DNA of 55,969 nt from assembly GCA_049999805.1 (NCBI GenBank), contig JBNGIO010006320.1, positions 227,624 through 283,592 of the forward strand, written 5' to 3'. Each line of letters begins with the position of its first letter. Positions within the stretch are counted from its first letter, which is position 1. The notes under the pieces are model-generated. The model was not told where the DNA came from. It saw only the letters and a program-made list of their open reading frames with translations, and ran no database searches. The translations under genes and the position numbers were made by a program. Shown here piece after piece: positions 25,201 through 38,500 of this stretch. The DNA comes from Folioceros fuciformis (lineage: Eukaryota).

Positions 25201-27824
25201 GGAATTGGATGATAGGACGCTCACCCCACATTGTTTTAGAGTAGAAGCACCTTTTCAAGGTATCAAGTACTATAGGAAGACTGGACTGGGAAGGCAGAGA
25301 GACTTGAAATCAGGGGGGGCAACGGTCGAATCTGTGATATCTGAGGGCAAGTATAAAGAGCGTCCACAGTCTGAGAACGCTCCCAAGCGTGTGACCTCAA
25401 CTCCGCATGCGTACACTGACTTTAGACAGGAGGACATTGATGTTAATTTACCAGCGGCAGGAAATGAGGAATTTGAAGACCACAGCTATGTTATGTCTAG
25501 TCCATGTCAGAATTTGTCTTCTCTGCACAAACCAGATGAGATAGATGTAAATTTACCAGCACCGGATGAGAAGATGGAGGATGCTGAGGTTTCGGAGGCG
25601 GCTGCCAATTTGACAGCTGAAAGCCATCGGATAGATGCGGCAGGTGAACAAGCTCCTGGTGGGCAAGTTTCCCTCGAGGATCAGATCGGAAAGGTTGGTG
25701 AAGAGAGAGGAGGTCGGCGTGGTGGTGTCAGTAACGATGGTGAAGTTAGTATGGAGAGTGATCTCTGCATGGAAGATGATGCTGGAGCTAGGCAAGCTCA
25801 TCAGTACTTGGTTTTCATGGAAGAGTTTCCGGAAAGGGATGGGGTAGAGTGTGTCAACCTGCAGGATCCTGTGAACATGCGAGGGCAAGTCCATGAGAGG
25901 GACGCAGATGATGACCCCATCATTCCGCTAGTAGCAGTGGAGGATATGACTGGGAAGGATAGAGAGCTTGAAGATGGCCACAATCTGGATGATGTGTCGA
26001 TGACAACCCCGTCTCAGGGGGCAGAGATGGATGCAAGGTGCAGAGAAACCCTCCATTCCTCGTCTCCAGATGATCCTTCTGCAACAGGCGAGAGGGCTAG
26101 ACGAGCTCAGAACGTTGGCATGCAGGACAGTGATGTGCAGGGTGCAGTAGCTCCGATTGAGCCTGCATCGGATGTCAAGTTGTATTATCAAGCCAGTATA
26201 GATGTTCAGACGGGTACCATTGCTCTGGACAATGTGAGCGTGAAGGAGCTCACTCAGGACGCGGAAGCTGTACAATCTCAGGATCAGACACTTGCCCAAC
26301 GTGATGCAACTTCCACAGACGGAGTGATGGATGTGGAATGCAGTGGCAGTGCAGCAGATGTGCAGGTGACAGCAGGACCACCAGCTNNNNNNNNNNGGAG
26401 GGTGCAAAGAAACCCTTCTTTCTCTCTCTCCAAGCGATGCCAGCGTCACAGACGGAGAGGCGATGGATGTTGAAGGCAGTGCCAGAGTAGTGGTGTATGC
26501 TTTGCAGACAGCAGGAAAACCGGCAGAGTCTCAGATGGCTGCAGGTGGCGAAGAAACTCGTCATTCATCATCTCCAGATGATTCAACTGCAACGGGAGAG
26601 AAGGCAGCAGGAGTGCAGAACGTTGTTAGCTTGCTGGCTGACTGTCATGGCATGCTGGACAGTGATGTGCAGGGTGAAGCAGGTGTGATTGTATCGGCAT
26701 CTGTTCATGATGTTGCAATGTTGGATCGAGACAACAGAGATGATCAGGTGGGTGATAATTCTCTGGACGATGTGGACGTGGACGGGCCAACCCATTGTGT
26801 GAAAAGCTTGAAACCTGAAAATCAAACAACTGCACAACATGATGCAACTGCCACAGTTGAAGGGGAGAGGCATGTCCAAGGCAGTGACAGCGTCGCGGAT
26901 GATGTGCAGGTGGCAGTAGGAGCAGCAGCCGCGGTTCAGCCAATTGATCCACTAGAAGCGCCTGTGACAGGCGCTGCCACCCCAGCGATAAGATTAAATG
27001 CCGCAACGAATGCGCAGGAGGTCGAACAGTCTTGTTCTGCGTCCTCACGTGATAAAGGCATGCAGGAGGAGGTAGCGAGTGAGGCTCAGAATGATCTCAA
27101 CCTGCAGGACGATGCGGAGCACGAAGTTGACAAAATGATGACCCTACAGGATGACGCTAGCTTGACATCTACACCTATGGACGAACTAAATGCGGGAGAG
27201 GAAACACCTCCAGACCAACCCGCACCCGTCGAGGTTGTCTCTGAGCCTGAACAAGAAGAGCCGAGCCACCAGGTAACCCCCATCATCACTAAACGGGTCA
27301 TGACAGCGAGTTACCCTGGCGAGGATGGAGCAGAAGAATCATGCAACCATCCTCCTGCACCCACAGAAGGTACAAATTCCCTGGATCATTGTGTATCATC
27401 ACAGACTCTACCTGACCCAGGTGAGCAAGTCTCCTTCCTAGGCTGTCCCACCCTCCCATCTGGAATGGGCGCAATCAGCCCCCAAGCGGGCAATCTAATT
27501 GGAAGTAGGTGGCCATCTGGGAACGCTGTTGAGGATGTCGTCAACCGGCATGTGGCAGCAGGAGCGGAAAGGCAGGAGGAAGGCAGCGTATGTTCCGACA
27601 GATGTGGCACTGCCTCCGTGCCACCTACGGTGATCGAACTACTCTCAGACGACGAGGAGATCGAAGTGATTGATGCGCCGCAGTTTATTCCTCGAAGGCG
27701 GAAAAGGTGTACAGGAGTAGGCCTACCACGGTGGCCCTCGTCCCAGCAGGTGCGTCCACCAGGTGGATCAGGCCGCTTCACGTCGCTCCTCCGATTCGTG
27801 GAGCAAAACGCGCCGAGCGGGTGA
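22290..27824 (+). CDS. Large spliced protein (~1750 aa): TE-like N-terminal domain, coiled coil, variant RING finger, acidic repeat tail, SIM-like motifs and NLS
   Basis: ORF 22290-24195 splices in phase 1 (T|GTGAGC...TTTCACAG|GT) to 24471. The frame change to the 26463 ORF falls at the 10-N gap (26387-26396), and that frame is open from the gap. RING CPMC-x13-CGCVYHLHC-x10-CCKIGC at 23769-23894. VIELLSDDEEIEVID and PRRRKR lie near the C-terminus. Start codon and 3' end are uncertain. Confidence 0.7.
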
Positions 27825-28527
27825 TATCGGTAGAGTATCTAGGAAAGTCCTATTCTAGAGCAATTTTGTCCACCATCACGCTAGTATTGTTGAAAGCTGT
27901 AGATCCTAGCGACCATGCACATTCGGAGGAAGCTTCATCCAGATTCCCAGGACTAGGATTGACCGTTGTCTCTGTTCCTATGGATGTCACGAGCTTGGCT
28001 GGGAAGGCTTGACGCATGCGTTGAGCTTTCGGCTGGACGAAGGGCCAGTCAAAAAGTGGCACACAGGAGACTGACCTTCGTCTGTAGCTACTTCAGTTGC
28101 TCGTGCATAGGCTGGAGGCTGTAGTTGTGTGGGCCAAGGGTCCCGGGCTTTGTCCGGCTGTCGACCGCCCTAGCTGGCGAAGTGACACATGTGGGCAAGC
28201 AGTTCCTTCAACGCATTCTCGCGGAGTTGGGGCATAACATCTCGCGGCGCGGAAGGCGATGAGATTGCGGGGCCACATCCGGGCAGGCTTCTTCACGTGG
28301 TTTCGATTTTTCTAAATCCTTTGCCTCTCCAAGTGTGTGGGTAGTGGAAATCGCGGAAGCGGCTTTGGAGCGCCACTTGTGGCCCGGCCCCATGGCCGAG
28401 GAAGACGGGGAGGGAGCGGGGATTATGTATAACGCACTAGCGTGCGTACCAGACCATACAGACATACCATATCATACTAAAGAGAAGAGTCCGGCCGGAG
28501 TTATGGTACTATCATGATAGCCTTATT

Positions 28528-28763
28528 ATTCCATTTCATTCCATTCCATTCCATTCCATTCCATTCCCTTGCATTCCAATTCCATTCCATTCCANNNNNN
28601 NNNNATTCCAATTCCATTCCATTCCATTCCCTTGCATTCCAATTCCATTCCCTTGCATTCCAATTCCATTCCATTCCCTGGCCTTCCATTCCCTGGCCTT
28701 CCATTCCCTGGCCTTCCATTCCCTTGCATTCCAATTCCATTCCATTCCCTGGCATTTCATTCC
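28528..28763. repeat. (CATTC/GGAAT)n pentanucleotide satellite with higher-order variants, spanning an assembly gap
   Basis: ccattccattcc runs plus recurring ccttgcattccaattccattc and three copies of cctggccttccattc. N gap at 28595-28604. Confidence 0.95.
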
Positions 28764-31700
28764 CGATCGTCATGGCATAAGGAGCCGCCGGGTTCAAAAG
28801 CTCAAGCTCTGCTCTTCATACTGCGTATCGGATAATGATCGATCGCCAGGAGGAGCGGGGATTGGGCCGATGGAGTGGCCTATAGTGGGGTCGTTTTCGG
28901 AATAAGTAATTGGGTCGTAAAGCAGGCAGTATGACACACGGCCCACTGGCTCTCCGCTGCTGCTGATATCACCGGATCTGCGTGGACGGATAGTTTGACG
29001 CAACGAGCGGTTGGTTGCGCCGTCCAGTGGCCACCTAGCTGACCGAGCTTGGAAAGGCGTTGTCGGAATTCACTGTGCTCTTGATGTGCGAGAGATTTGC
29101 GTCCGCTCTGTCGTCACCTGCGGCGAGAGCGGACAGAAATGGACTGGAGGAACATCCGGGATTAGCAATGGAAAAGCCCCCTGGGAAGGAGCTGCTCAGC
29201 TTTGGAAGCAAAACTGCACGCACTGTAGCTTTTTCATTATTGTGTAGCACATGGAGAATCTGGACGAGGTTGCGAACCTCAACAGTGCGCGGTGACTTGA
29301 ATCCACACAATGCTACAACGGAGATTCTACGGCCCTCGTGAAAGGACTGTGGATAACAGGACAAGGGCGCTGCCTATCTGCTCTGGAATCCTGACAAGTA
29401 AAGACATCATAATGGCAACAATGATCACATTACTGAAGGATCTTGCTGCAACACAAGATGGTACTGCTTACAGCACCTGAGAGCACAAATATACTTGGCG
29501 AGGAAGCCTCAGGCTCGCTCTTCGGCTTCAGTATACAGTCCACCCGTTCTAAGAATTGAATGCCATTCAGGCCTGAAACACGGCGGGGCTAACGGCCAGG
29601 AATCGTGGTTTAGGCCTGAATGACATTCAACACTTAGGACGGTCGACCGGGTCGCTCGACTCTTCAAGCTCTTCAGCTTGCGGTTGTGCGTGCATGCGCA
29701 ACCATCGGGCACCACTGGGCAGCAGCGTCCAGCACACATGTATACCAGTCCATTTCTACAAAAGCACAACACGTGACACACACCCTTCCACCACAAACGA
29801 CGCGTTTCACGGACCGGGTCAGCAGGACTTGGTCTCGAGTGGACGTGTCCTGGAGCAGGCACAAGCTCAAGATCAGTCACAAGCTCAAGATCAGTCACGA
29901 GAGGAAACCTTCAAAAACCCTGCTTCCCTCGTCCCCGTTCAAGAAAGAACGCTACCCTTTCCGGATCCAGCCACATTCACACCAACGCCACTGACCACAC
30001 ACACAAAAGCACCAGACCAGCGCGCGCCAAGCATCCATCAACCATGCTGCGTCTGCAATCAGAGGAGGCCTGCAAAAGGGACGAGAAGGAGCACAAGGCA
30101 CGCAGCCAGCCAGCCAGCCAGCCAGCCACACACACACAAAGAGTTACACAAAGACAAGGCTACCGAAGGCGAGCACACTTTGGAGCACAAGACAGGACAC
30201 GAAGGGAGGAGAAGAGAAGAGAAGAGAAGCGCAAACCGAATGCCTAGAGTGTGCAAAGCCAGCCACAATTTATACGCGGAGGACGAACAGAAGCGGACAC
30301 TCGTACCTGGCGCATGCAACGACGGCACTGCTCAGCTTGGCCGGCAAGTACACGCAGACTGCCGGCTTCATTCTGTGCGCGAGAGAACAGCTTCAAGTGT
30401 GGCGCCAGCGGCAAGCCCGCTTAGTCGGGACCTGGGGCCCCACGCATCTCACCAACCCGCCATTAAAGCTGTACCTGTACCTTGTTAATGGAGGTGGAGC
30501 ACACCGGAAGCAGCCCGCGTTAAATTAAAATACCGGGACGTCACGCTTGGATTACCCAAATCCCTTTCGCCTCAAATATCTATACTATACAACCCTCATG
30601 AAACTATATCTTTTATCATCTGCATAGTCTACTAGTTAGTGGGACCGATTGACTCCTGCTGGACTCCTTCCTCCCTGTCTGTGTGTTTAGAAACCAGAGA
30701 AGACTAGGTACTAGGCACGAGGACAATACTTTGTGAACAAGCTAGACTCCATATGTGGTCGATATTCTCTCACCATTCCGACTTAGACTCCAACATACTC
30801 CATTTTTTAATCAGTCGCTACCTGAACTTTAGATGTAGATGATATTTTCTCAGTCTTTCTATCTATATATAAACTTGATACTGCTTGTTTTCCTTTCTCT
30901 CTGCACTTGCACGTGCACCTCTGTACGTACAAACCTAGGTCACCCTCCAAGAATCTCTTATCGTATATGATCATACCCTATTCTTTAAGTAGTAAGAAGA
31001 AGCCTATTGATGATCTCCCAAATCCTCCAGTCTTCTCAAACAATAAGAAGTCAATTCACCACACATAATTTCCCACAGTATGGCATCGAGACGAGACCTG
31101 ACTTTACGCAACAGTAACATGGGTGACCCAATCTTCCCTAAGCGCATTCGCAAGAACCCAATAAATGCCAAAAAGGTAAAGCTCTCACATCTTTTGCATT
31201 TGTCCCTCGAAAGGAAAGGAAAGAAAAGGAAAGTCGACGACTCAAAACAATGTTTCCACACATCTCGAAATGTACACATTTTGTAATCATAAACTTTGAA
31301 GACAAAAGAATAGACTTTGTCACAGCGTTATCCATGCAAATGAAGGAAGGAAGAAAGGACGCAACCTGCTCTCTCCATAGGAAGCTAGCTGCGAAAGCTC
31401 TCAGAAGCTTCTCCTTCTCAATCGATGAGAAGAGATTTGCGAAAGAGAGATTTGTGAAGAAGAGTTTTGTGAAGAAGAGTTTTATGAAGAAGGGATTTGT
31501 TTTCTACTTTGTGGTGTGTTGTTAGTGTAATGAGGCAGACAACCAATGAGTCTCCTTTGGTTGTGCATGCACTCATTCCTTGCAATGACAAGAAGTTTGT
31601 TGTACCTATGTATGTACATACGGGGCAGTGTGCTCGTGGGTAGGATGAAGAAAGGGGGCGATGAGTCTGCGACGCTGGGGGTGCCTGATCCATTCTCGCG

Positions 31701-32501
31701 CCTGGAGAGTCCGGGCAGTACGAGCGATCCTGGGGGCACCCATCTGCTCCCAGGCTGTTAAGTAGTGGAGCTGCCAAGCATGGCAGGCCTTCAGCGGGCC
31801 GCTGGTTATCAGAAATTGGCGACTCGGTCGGGAGTCGCGACTCCAAAGAGGAAAAAAGAAAGCTATCCGGAAACTCACCATTATTTGTGGTGAGGAAGGA
31901 GGAGAAAGGTCGGGGTGGGAGAATACGTATCTACATCGGACAGTGGACGATCTCGTTTCACGAATTTTGGGGACGAGAGAGGAAGGTGAGTGCAGGAAGG
32001 TGACGGGAAATCATGTGAAGGGTTGTCCAGTGTGGGTATCCGATGCGCAGCCATTGAAAGTAACGGGCCGTGTCGCGGCACGGCCAGGCGGGCGTACAAC
32101 CCGTCGCTTCAAAGGTCCTGGGTCTTCCTGGAGGTCTCCACCGTTCTCGCCACTGTCTCCGACCCTCTACACTGCACTGGCCCCAGGGAAGCGGATCGTG
32201 AGCATATGCGATCTCGCGATCTCGCGATCTCCCTCTCGCTTGCGTGTGGAAGCCTTCCTCCTAGTCGGCCGGGATCTTGGGTTCACGGCATTGACCTGCT
32301 CAGCTCCGGATTGGGACCAGGTATTGGCATTGATACCTGTAGCCCTAACTCCCTACGTTGTGGATCTGTGGAGGGCGAGGTTTCTGTGCTGAATCGGGAC
32401 TCCCCAGCTTGGGCGGGACGCTATTCCATGCCGAGATCAGGTGGCCTAGCATCGCAGTGATATCCCAGCCTGGTGGGCGTGGTTCCTCTGCGGACGCTAG
32501 G

Positions 32502-35500
32502 ATGTTGAACAAGTTGCTGCCCCGGCGCCCCTCTTCGCTGTCCTCGCAGGTATTGTCATGGCTCCTGGATGGGTGTTTCTGATGTGGAGGCAGTGTCTGA
32601 GCCCATGGTCTAGCTGTGGTGTGGATCCGGAATGGTGTTGATGCAGCTGCCTCTTGTCCAGCACCCTGTTGCTTGGAATGCCAGCATTCTTTCTACCTTG
32701 CTTGTTCTTTACTCTGATTCGGCTGTGGTGAGAGAGTGCGACGTCACCTTAAACCCTAAACCCTTACGGGTTCTGAATCCATCGGCAGCTGAACGGTTGT
32801 CAAGTCTGCAGCTTACCAGTCAATATTCCTGCAATTGAAGTGTTTGTTGTTAGGGCAAGGATGGTTTGGCTGTGCAGGGTGCTGAAAGAAGTGATAGTCC
32901 TCGGGTGAGCATATCTAAGGAACCAGGCAGTGAATTTGAGGCAACCGTAAGCCCAGAACATTGCAAGCACATGATGATGACCTAAGACTGACAAGTCTGA
33001 TTTAGAGGGTCGTTTCAGTGCGGTATGTCTTATACAGCCTGCTGTGCTGGAACGCAGACGTCTCAGAGTGCGGCCCAGAACCTGCCCAGTGGTGGTTTGA
33101 AAGGGGCGGAGGTGGAGCTGACATTGACAGGCCATAGCGGAGTACCAGCCACCGCCCTACTTCTGGCATATGAGCCAGCTCAGAGACTCCTAGCTGTTGG
33201 AACCAGGTGCAGGGGGGCAAGCACTTGACGTAGTGCCGTTTGTAAGTCGTCAGAGATGATGATTAGCTGCTTACTCGCAGTATCTAATGCGATATCCGTT
33301 TTGATCTGTTTAGGGATGGTCGTGTAAAGCTGTTTGGTGCCGATGGCTCTGAGGATCTATTACTGTCTGCAGGACGGGACCCATGCAAATATCTGGAGGT
33401 GTGGCTTCTGGTGTGAACTGGGGGTCCTTTTTTCTGTTAACAAGATGGCTGCATTGTGTCTGTGGAGTGTTCCTGATGCAACTCTTCTTTTTTTTCCCAC
33501 TGTCAGTTTATTTACAACCAGAATGCCTTGGTTCATATATCTACCACGAATGAAATCAAGGTAACATGTTCGTTGCCAGGGCTATGTGGGCTTTCTGTTC
33601 TCTTAGACACAGTCAAACGTTTGTCTGTCTTGTTTCCTTGATACAAGACATTTAAACTTCGTGGTGGCTTGCAGGTTTTTGATGTCAATGACAGAGAGCT
33701 GGCTGCATCTCTACAGTGGGCTAGTTGTGTCACGGCCTTTACTGTTGCACAGGGAACTATGTTCATGTATGTTCTGATGGGCACCAGTCTCCCTCATCTT
33801 TCCAGCGATTTGGTGTTCAAAAGAATTTGTGCCTTGTACACTAGACACTACAGCTCCAGCGTGCTCCCCCTCCAAAATTGGAGGTCTTGTAACGTACATT
33901 GCCTGCTCCAGGTACATTGGGGATGAATCCGGAATGGTGAGCGTCGTGCAATATTTGCCGGAAGAGGGAATACTTTCTGTCACGCCATATTCTGTACCAA
34001 GCCATCTCACGCTCCGTAAGTGATGAGTTTTGGAAGTATACTTCTCGCTCCATTCCTTCTTGTTGAACTGTTGCAAGTTCTATTTTTCACCATCTCTTCT
34101 GACAGCCATACGCTGGCTGCACAGGTGGCCTGGTTGAGTCTGGAAGCACTGATGGGGGCCTTGTTGTTGCAATACTTCCCCAACCTGGAGCTGTTCACAA
34201 CAGGCAAACACCCCATCTTAGTCAATTGCTTGTGCACGTTCCATCTGCCACTCTGGTCTTTTCGATTAGCTCACAATCAACCCTATTCTCTTGGGCAGAA
34301 TTCTGATTGCATATTCAATTGGCTTGGTGGTTCTTTGGGGCCTCTATGAGGAGCAACCTTTACTTGTACGGGGCGGGTCAAAGAATCAGCATTCCAAGAT
34401 TAAAGGTCCGTCAGCTGGAAGGACATCACTACTGCTGGCACTTGATGACGAGGATGATCCACAGGAAATAAGCAATGCCTGTTGGGCTAGTATATCGGGA
34501 AAGCTGCTGGCTGTTGGCTACCTCAATGGAGATATTGGTCTGTGGCATATTCCAAATCCATTTTCCTCGAAGAAGGCAGAGGGCGATCCATGGTCGCCCC
34601 TGCAATTGGTGAAGCTAGCACCATCAGAACAACGTCTTCCAGTCTCTTCCATCAATTTCGCTGCAAGTGGGCAAACCTCTGGTCGTTTGTACGTATTGGG
34701 CGGAGGCGACTGTCAGCATCCTTTGAAGATAACTGTGAGTAGGTAAATATGGTTGTAGTCTGTATGAGAACACATCTCAGGGGTGCGGATCCTTGCACAC
34801 CAAGGCTACTGTCTGAGGAAGGCCGCTGCACTTGTAAAAGTTTCTGCATTCTAGGTCCAGGGGGTTCATGAAGCATCACTTCCTGCCTTTCTTTGTTTGC
34901 TTTTTCTTGTACCGTCCGTGTGCTTGATATGTCTCTCCGCAAAGGAGATGCTGTGTTGTGTCATATCTGTAAATACTGGAGCATTTACACTCGTGAATTT
35001 TCTGTTTTTGCAGGTGCTTGCTGTAGCCGAGGAGGAGCCTTGCAAGTTGCCTGCCCAAACAGAACTCCCTTGGTTTGGCCCCGTCGGAGATTTTCGGCTT
35101 TTAAGGGACACAGAGGATGTGTATGGTTCAGCCAGTGGCATTGCAGTTCTAGACAGTTCTGGTCAGCTTCGCATATATGATGAGAACACAATTGCAGGAG
35201 CGATTCACCCAGATAAGATAAGTGTATCAGACCTGCAACCTGCTCCTGTCCACCTTCAACTGTCTGAGTCAAGTATTACTACTGCGAAGGCCTTCTTGTT
35301 CACGGAGACTGATATGGCATTTTGCATTGTGCCTAAGGTGAGCGTGAGGCATTTCATTGTACACCAGGGAAGGTTGTATTCAGATTCTTTGTCATCTGGC
35401 ACCTTGATCTATACTTTCCTCCAATTTCAGGTGCTCAAAGACAATTCAGCTATCTCGTCTTCACGAGGGCTGAAATTTGGATCAGGTCATCCTGGAGGTC

Positions 35501-38500
35501 ATACTGGGGGTACTTCGACATATTACCTGTCAGGCCACAAAGATGGGACCGTTCAGCTGTGGGATGCAACTATTCCTGGGTTTCACTTTGTCTGCCTAAT
35601 CCCACAGAATCTTGAGAAGGTATGTTATGCTGTGATTGCTGCATGCACGCTTCTAGTTAGCTTAAATCTTTGTAAGCACACTCGCTTAGGTCTTGAATTG
35701 ATAAGCGCACATTTTACTGGAAAGGAGGAAGAAGAAGGTCAGGTGTATCCCCCTGTGTCGGCTCTGGATTTCTGTCCTACCTCGGGCTTACTGGTTGTTG
35801 CCCATGAGAAAGGCTTGGTAAGTGGACCTTCTGCTCTGGTGGTTTGTGCATTATTGTTGCATGTGTTCTGTTTGTGACTGTCAGCTCCGTTTTTGCTGTT
35901 TTTTTTTGTTTTTTGTTTTTTGTCCACAGGTGAGATTCTACATTCTTTCTGAGCAAAAACGAGATTACTGTAAGAGAGTCATCAAGGCTGATATGACTGT
36001 GGACACAGGTGGTTCAATTGTCAACTCTTTTGTCCATGATGTCTGCATGTGTACTCCTTAATCTGCCTTTAATCATCTTTGACTTGGTTCTCACAGGATC
36101 AGTGGCAAGTCATGACGCTGGCTTTCAGATTATATCAGATGTTGTATTGCATCAAGCTACAGTGACCAGAATACGTCTAGCGACTGCAGTTGGTCTTGTT
36201 GCTCTCGGGGATGCCAGTGGTGTGGTAAGGCCTCTTGCGGAAAAGCAGATTCTGACTGTTGTGTTCTGTATTCGAGGATCACATGTGACGTACGAAACTT
36301 GGGCAAAATGGTAGTTCATTCTCTCAATGTGCATCGCAGGTGTCATTGGTAAACTTGAAGACTATGTCAGTTTTGTACTTGAACAGGCCTATGCCTGTAC
36401 CGTCGTCTTTGGATCTTTCAGTGGTGCCCTCTGCCTTGTCCGGAACACCGTCAGGTTCTCCAAGGAGCAATGTGAACTTAAGTACACCAAGGCCAGACTT
36501 TGCGGCATTTGTGACAAATACAAAATCAGCACTTTTTGTTGTCAGTGAGAAATTGAGATATGAGTTCCATCTGGGTGATTCGAAAGTGATTGCAGCAAAG
36601 GCGGAGCCGACAGACATAAATTCGTTCTTTCTAGGTGAGATATCTGCTTTCTCAAAAGTAGTGACAACACGCAGCTTTGTGGTGTGCTACATGATGGTGG
36701 CTTGCCTTTGTGGAGTAAAGTCTTATTGCTCACCAAGCGTGGGCAACGGTAATGATTCAGATGTTGCGGGATTATGTATCTCATCCCCAGCAAGTGAACT
36801 ACCACTTCCATGGATCTCTAACCCAGCGGCAAACAATACTGGCGGAACAACTGAAAACGCCATGGATGCCGAACAGACTGGTGATGCCACAGGGTCGCTC
36901 CCAGCCTTGACGTCAGGAGAATCTGCTGACCGTGGAGAGGCTCCTGAAGAAGCTGCAGAGAATTTGCCTGCCACTCCCAAAGCAGGCACTGATTCTGGTG
37001 CAGTTCTGTCTGGGCTGTCTGAACCGGTGTTCCTTCTATTGTGCACTGAGAAGCAACTGGTTATGTTCAACATCACAGCCATGCCATCCGTAAGGGCACG
37101 CACAGGCTTTTGACACTGCATTGTTTTATAGTCGCTGCTCTCTCACATTTATTGCTGGTTTGCTGCCTTGGTTGTGCAGGGAAGATTTAATTATCTGACA
37201 AAGATCGATGTACCTGGGCCATGTATCCGAGCTTTCACACTGGGAGTGAAGGATGTCTTACCCCCTGGGCTTCTTCTGGTGTATCAAAGTGGAGATCTGG
37301 AGGTTCGGTATGTTCTGGTTTTACTCCAAATGTGTTTCCTTTTCGCTTAACCTGGTGTATAATTCAGCCAACCAGGGGAGAGGTAAGTTGTAGGTTAAGT
37401 TTTGCAGCTTGTCTTTTGCAGGTCATTGCCAGACCTTACAGTTGTGACAAAAACCTCAATCACTGAATGCCTGGGGTGGCAGCTGGAAGTCAATGATGCC
37501 AACTTGAAAACTTTGGTTTGCACGGCTGATGGTCATCTGAGCATGGTGAGTACTGTTGCTTTGGTTGGTGCTGTCCAATTTAAGTGTGCTTTATGAAGGT
37601 GATGTTCCTGACGGATTGGGGGCGCAGGTTGTGTTTTCTGACACGGACGGCAGTGCAGAAGTTGTTCAGATGTCTGTTCTGACTAATATTCCCTCACAGT
37701 AAGCTACTTACAGCTGCACATAAGCTGGTTTGTGGAGATTGTGTTTTCAGGCGCTGGCATAACCCATGATTGCGTGAATGCAGACAGAGGTGCAGTGCAG
37801 AGCCTGAAAGTCCTCAAGGATCTGGTGTTGAGGCGGAGGAACCAGAGGGTACCGGAGTTGTAAGCAGTGAGCGCAAAAAACCCAAAGTCTTCAAGGCCGT
37901 ACGTCTTCTAAACTTTTCTGTGTGCTGGCTTGAGATTTTGTGTTCATGGACCGGTGTTTCTATGTTCGTTTTTTAGGAATGGAGGATACCCGTGTATGTT
38001 GTGCGAGAGTCAAAACTGAGCGATGTTTGTTGTTTGGTTGAACGTTTCTTTGGTGCTACTTCGAGCTCATGCAGTTCAAATCTCGTTTACGTGGCATGGC
38101 AAAGGAAGCAAAATTTGTGGTCGCCACTGTGCAGAGCAACCTCCCTAGCGAGGTTACGAAGGCCCTGAAAAAGGGCACAAAGGTTGTCAGTAGCATCGGC
38201 AACACAGTGAGCAGCAGTTTACCTACGAAAAGCTTAAGCCTTCCTAGGAAGAGCAAGATCTGGTTGAGAATGAGCTCAGAAAAACCGGTATTGCGCTCGT
38301 CGTCAGACTTGCAAGTCTTGTTTCTGAAGCCTGTTGGCTCGGCAGAAGAGCTGGACATCGACGACATAGATATTGATGACGTGGGCAGTGATGATTTTCG
38401 TTCGACACCAGCTGTTGATGGTACGCATTTCATGTCATGTTTAGCTCTGTTGGTTGTTGTGGACTGCTCTGCTCCCAAGTCTGTCATGGATGGTGCTCTT

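Noticed and set aside
28501-28835. Several overlapping ORFs (MEWNGMEW…, FHSIPFHS…)
   Set aside because: Translations of the CATTC satellite.
27830-29900. Short ORFs on both strands downstream of the RING gene
   Set aside because: No recognisable domains or consistent splice model. They may be decayed coding sequence, but this is unsupported.
30625-30645. CTAG|T and TAGTG as Helitron or CACTA termini of the island
   Set aside because: No GC-rich subterminal hairpin, and no matching CACTA-initiated inverted terminus upstream.
31070-31095. Possible LTR end plus tRNA-iMet primer-binding site (ca-gta-tggcatcgag)
   Set aside because: Imperfect match to TGGTATCAGAGC, and no second LTR, gag/pol or polypurine tract was found.
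32749-32764. Telomere-like aaaccctaaaccct
   Set aside because: Only two units in a first intron, a common telo-box-type motif and not an interstitial telomere array.
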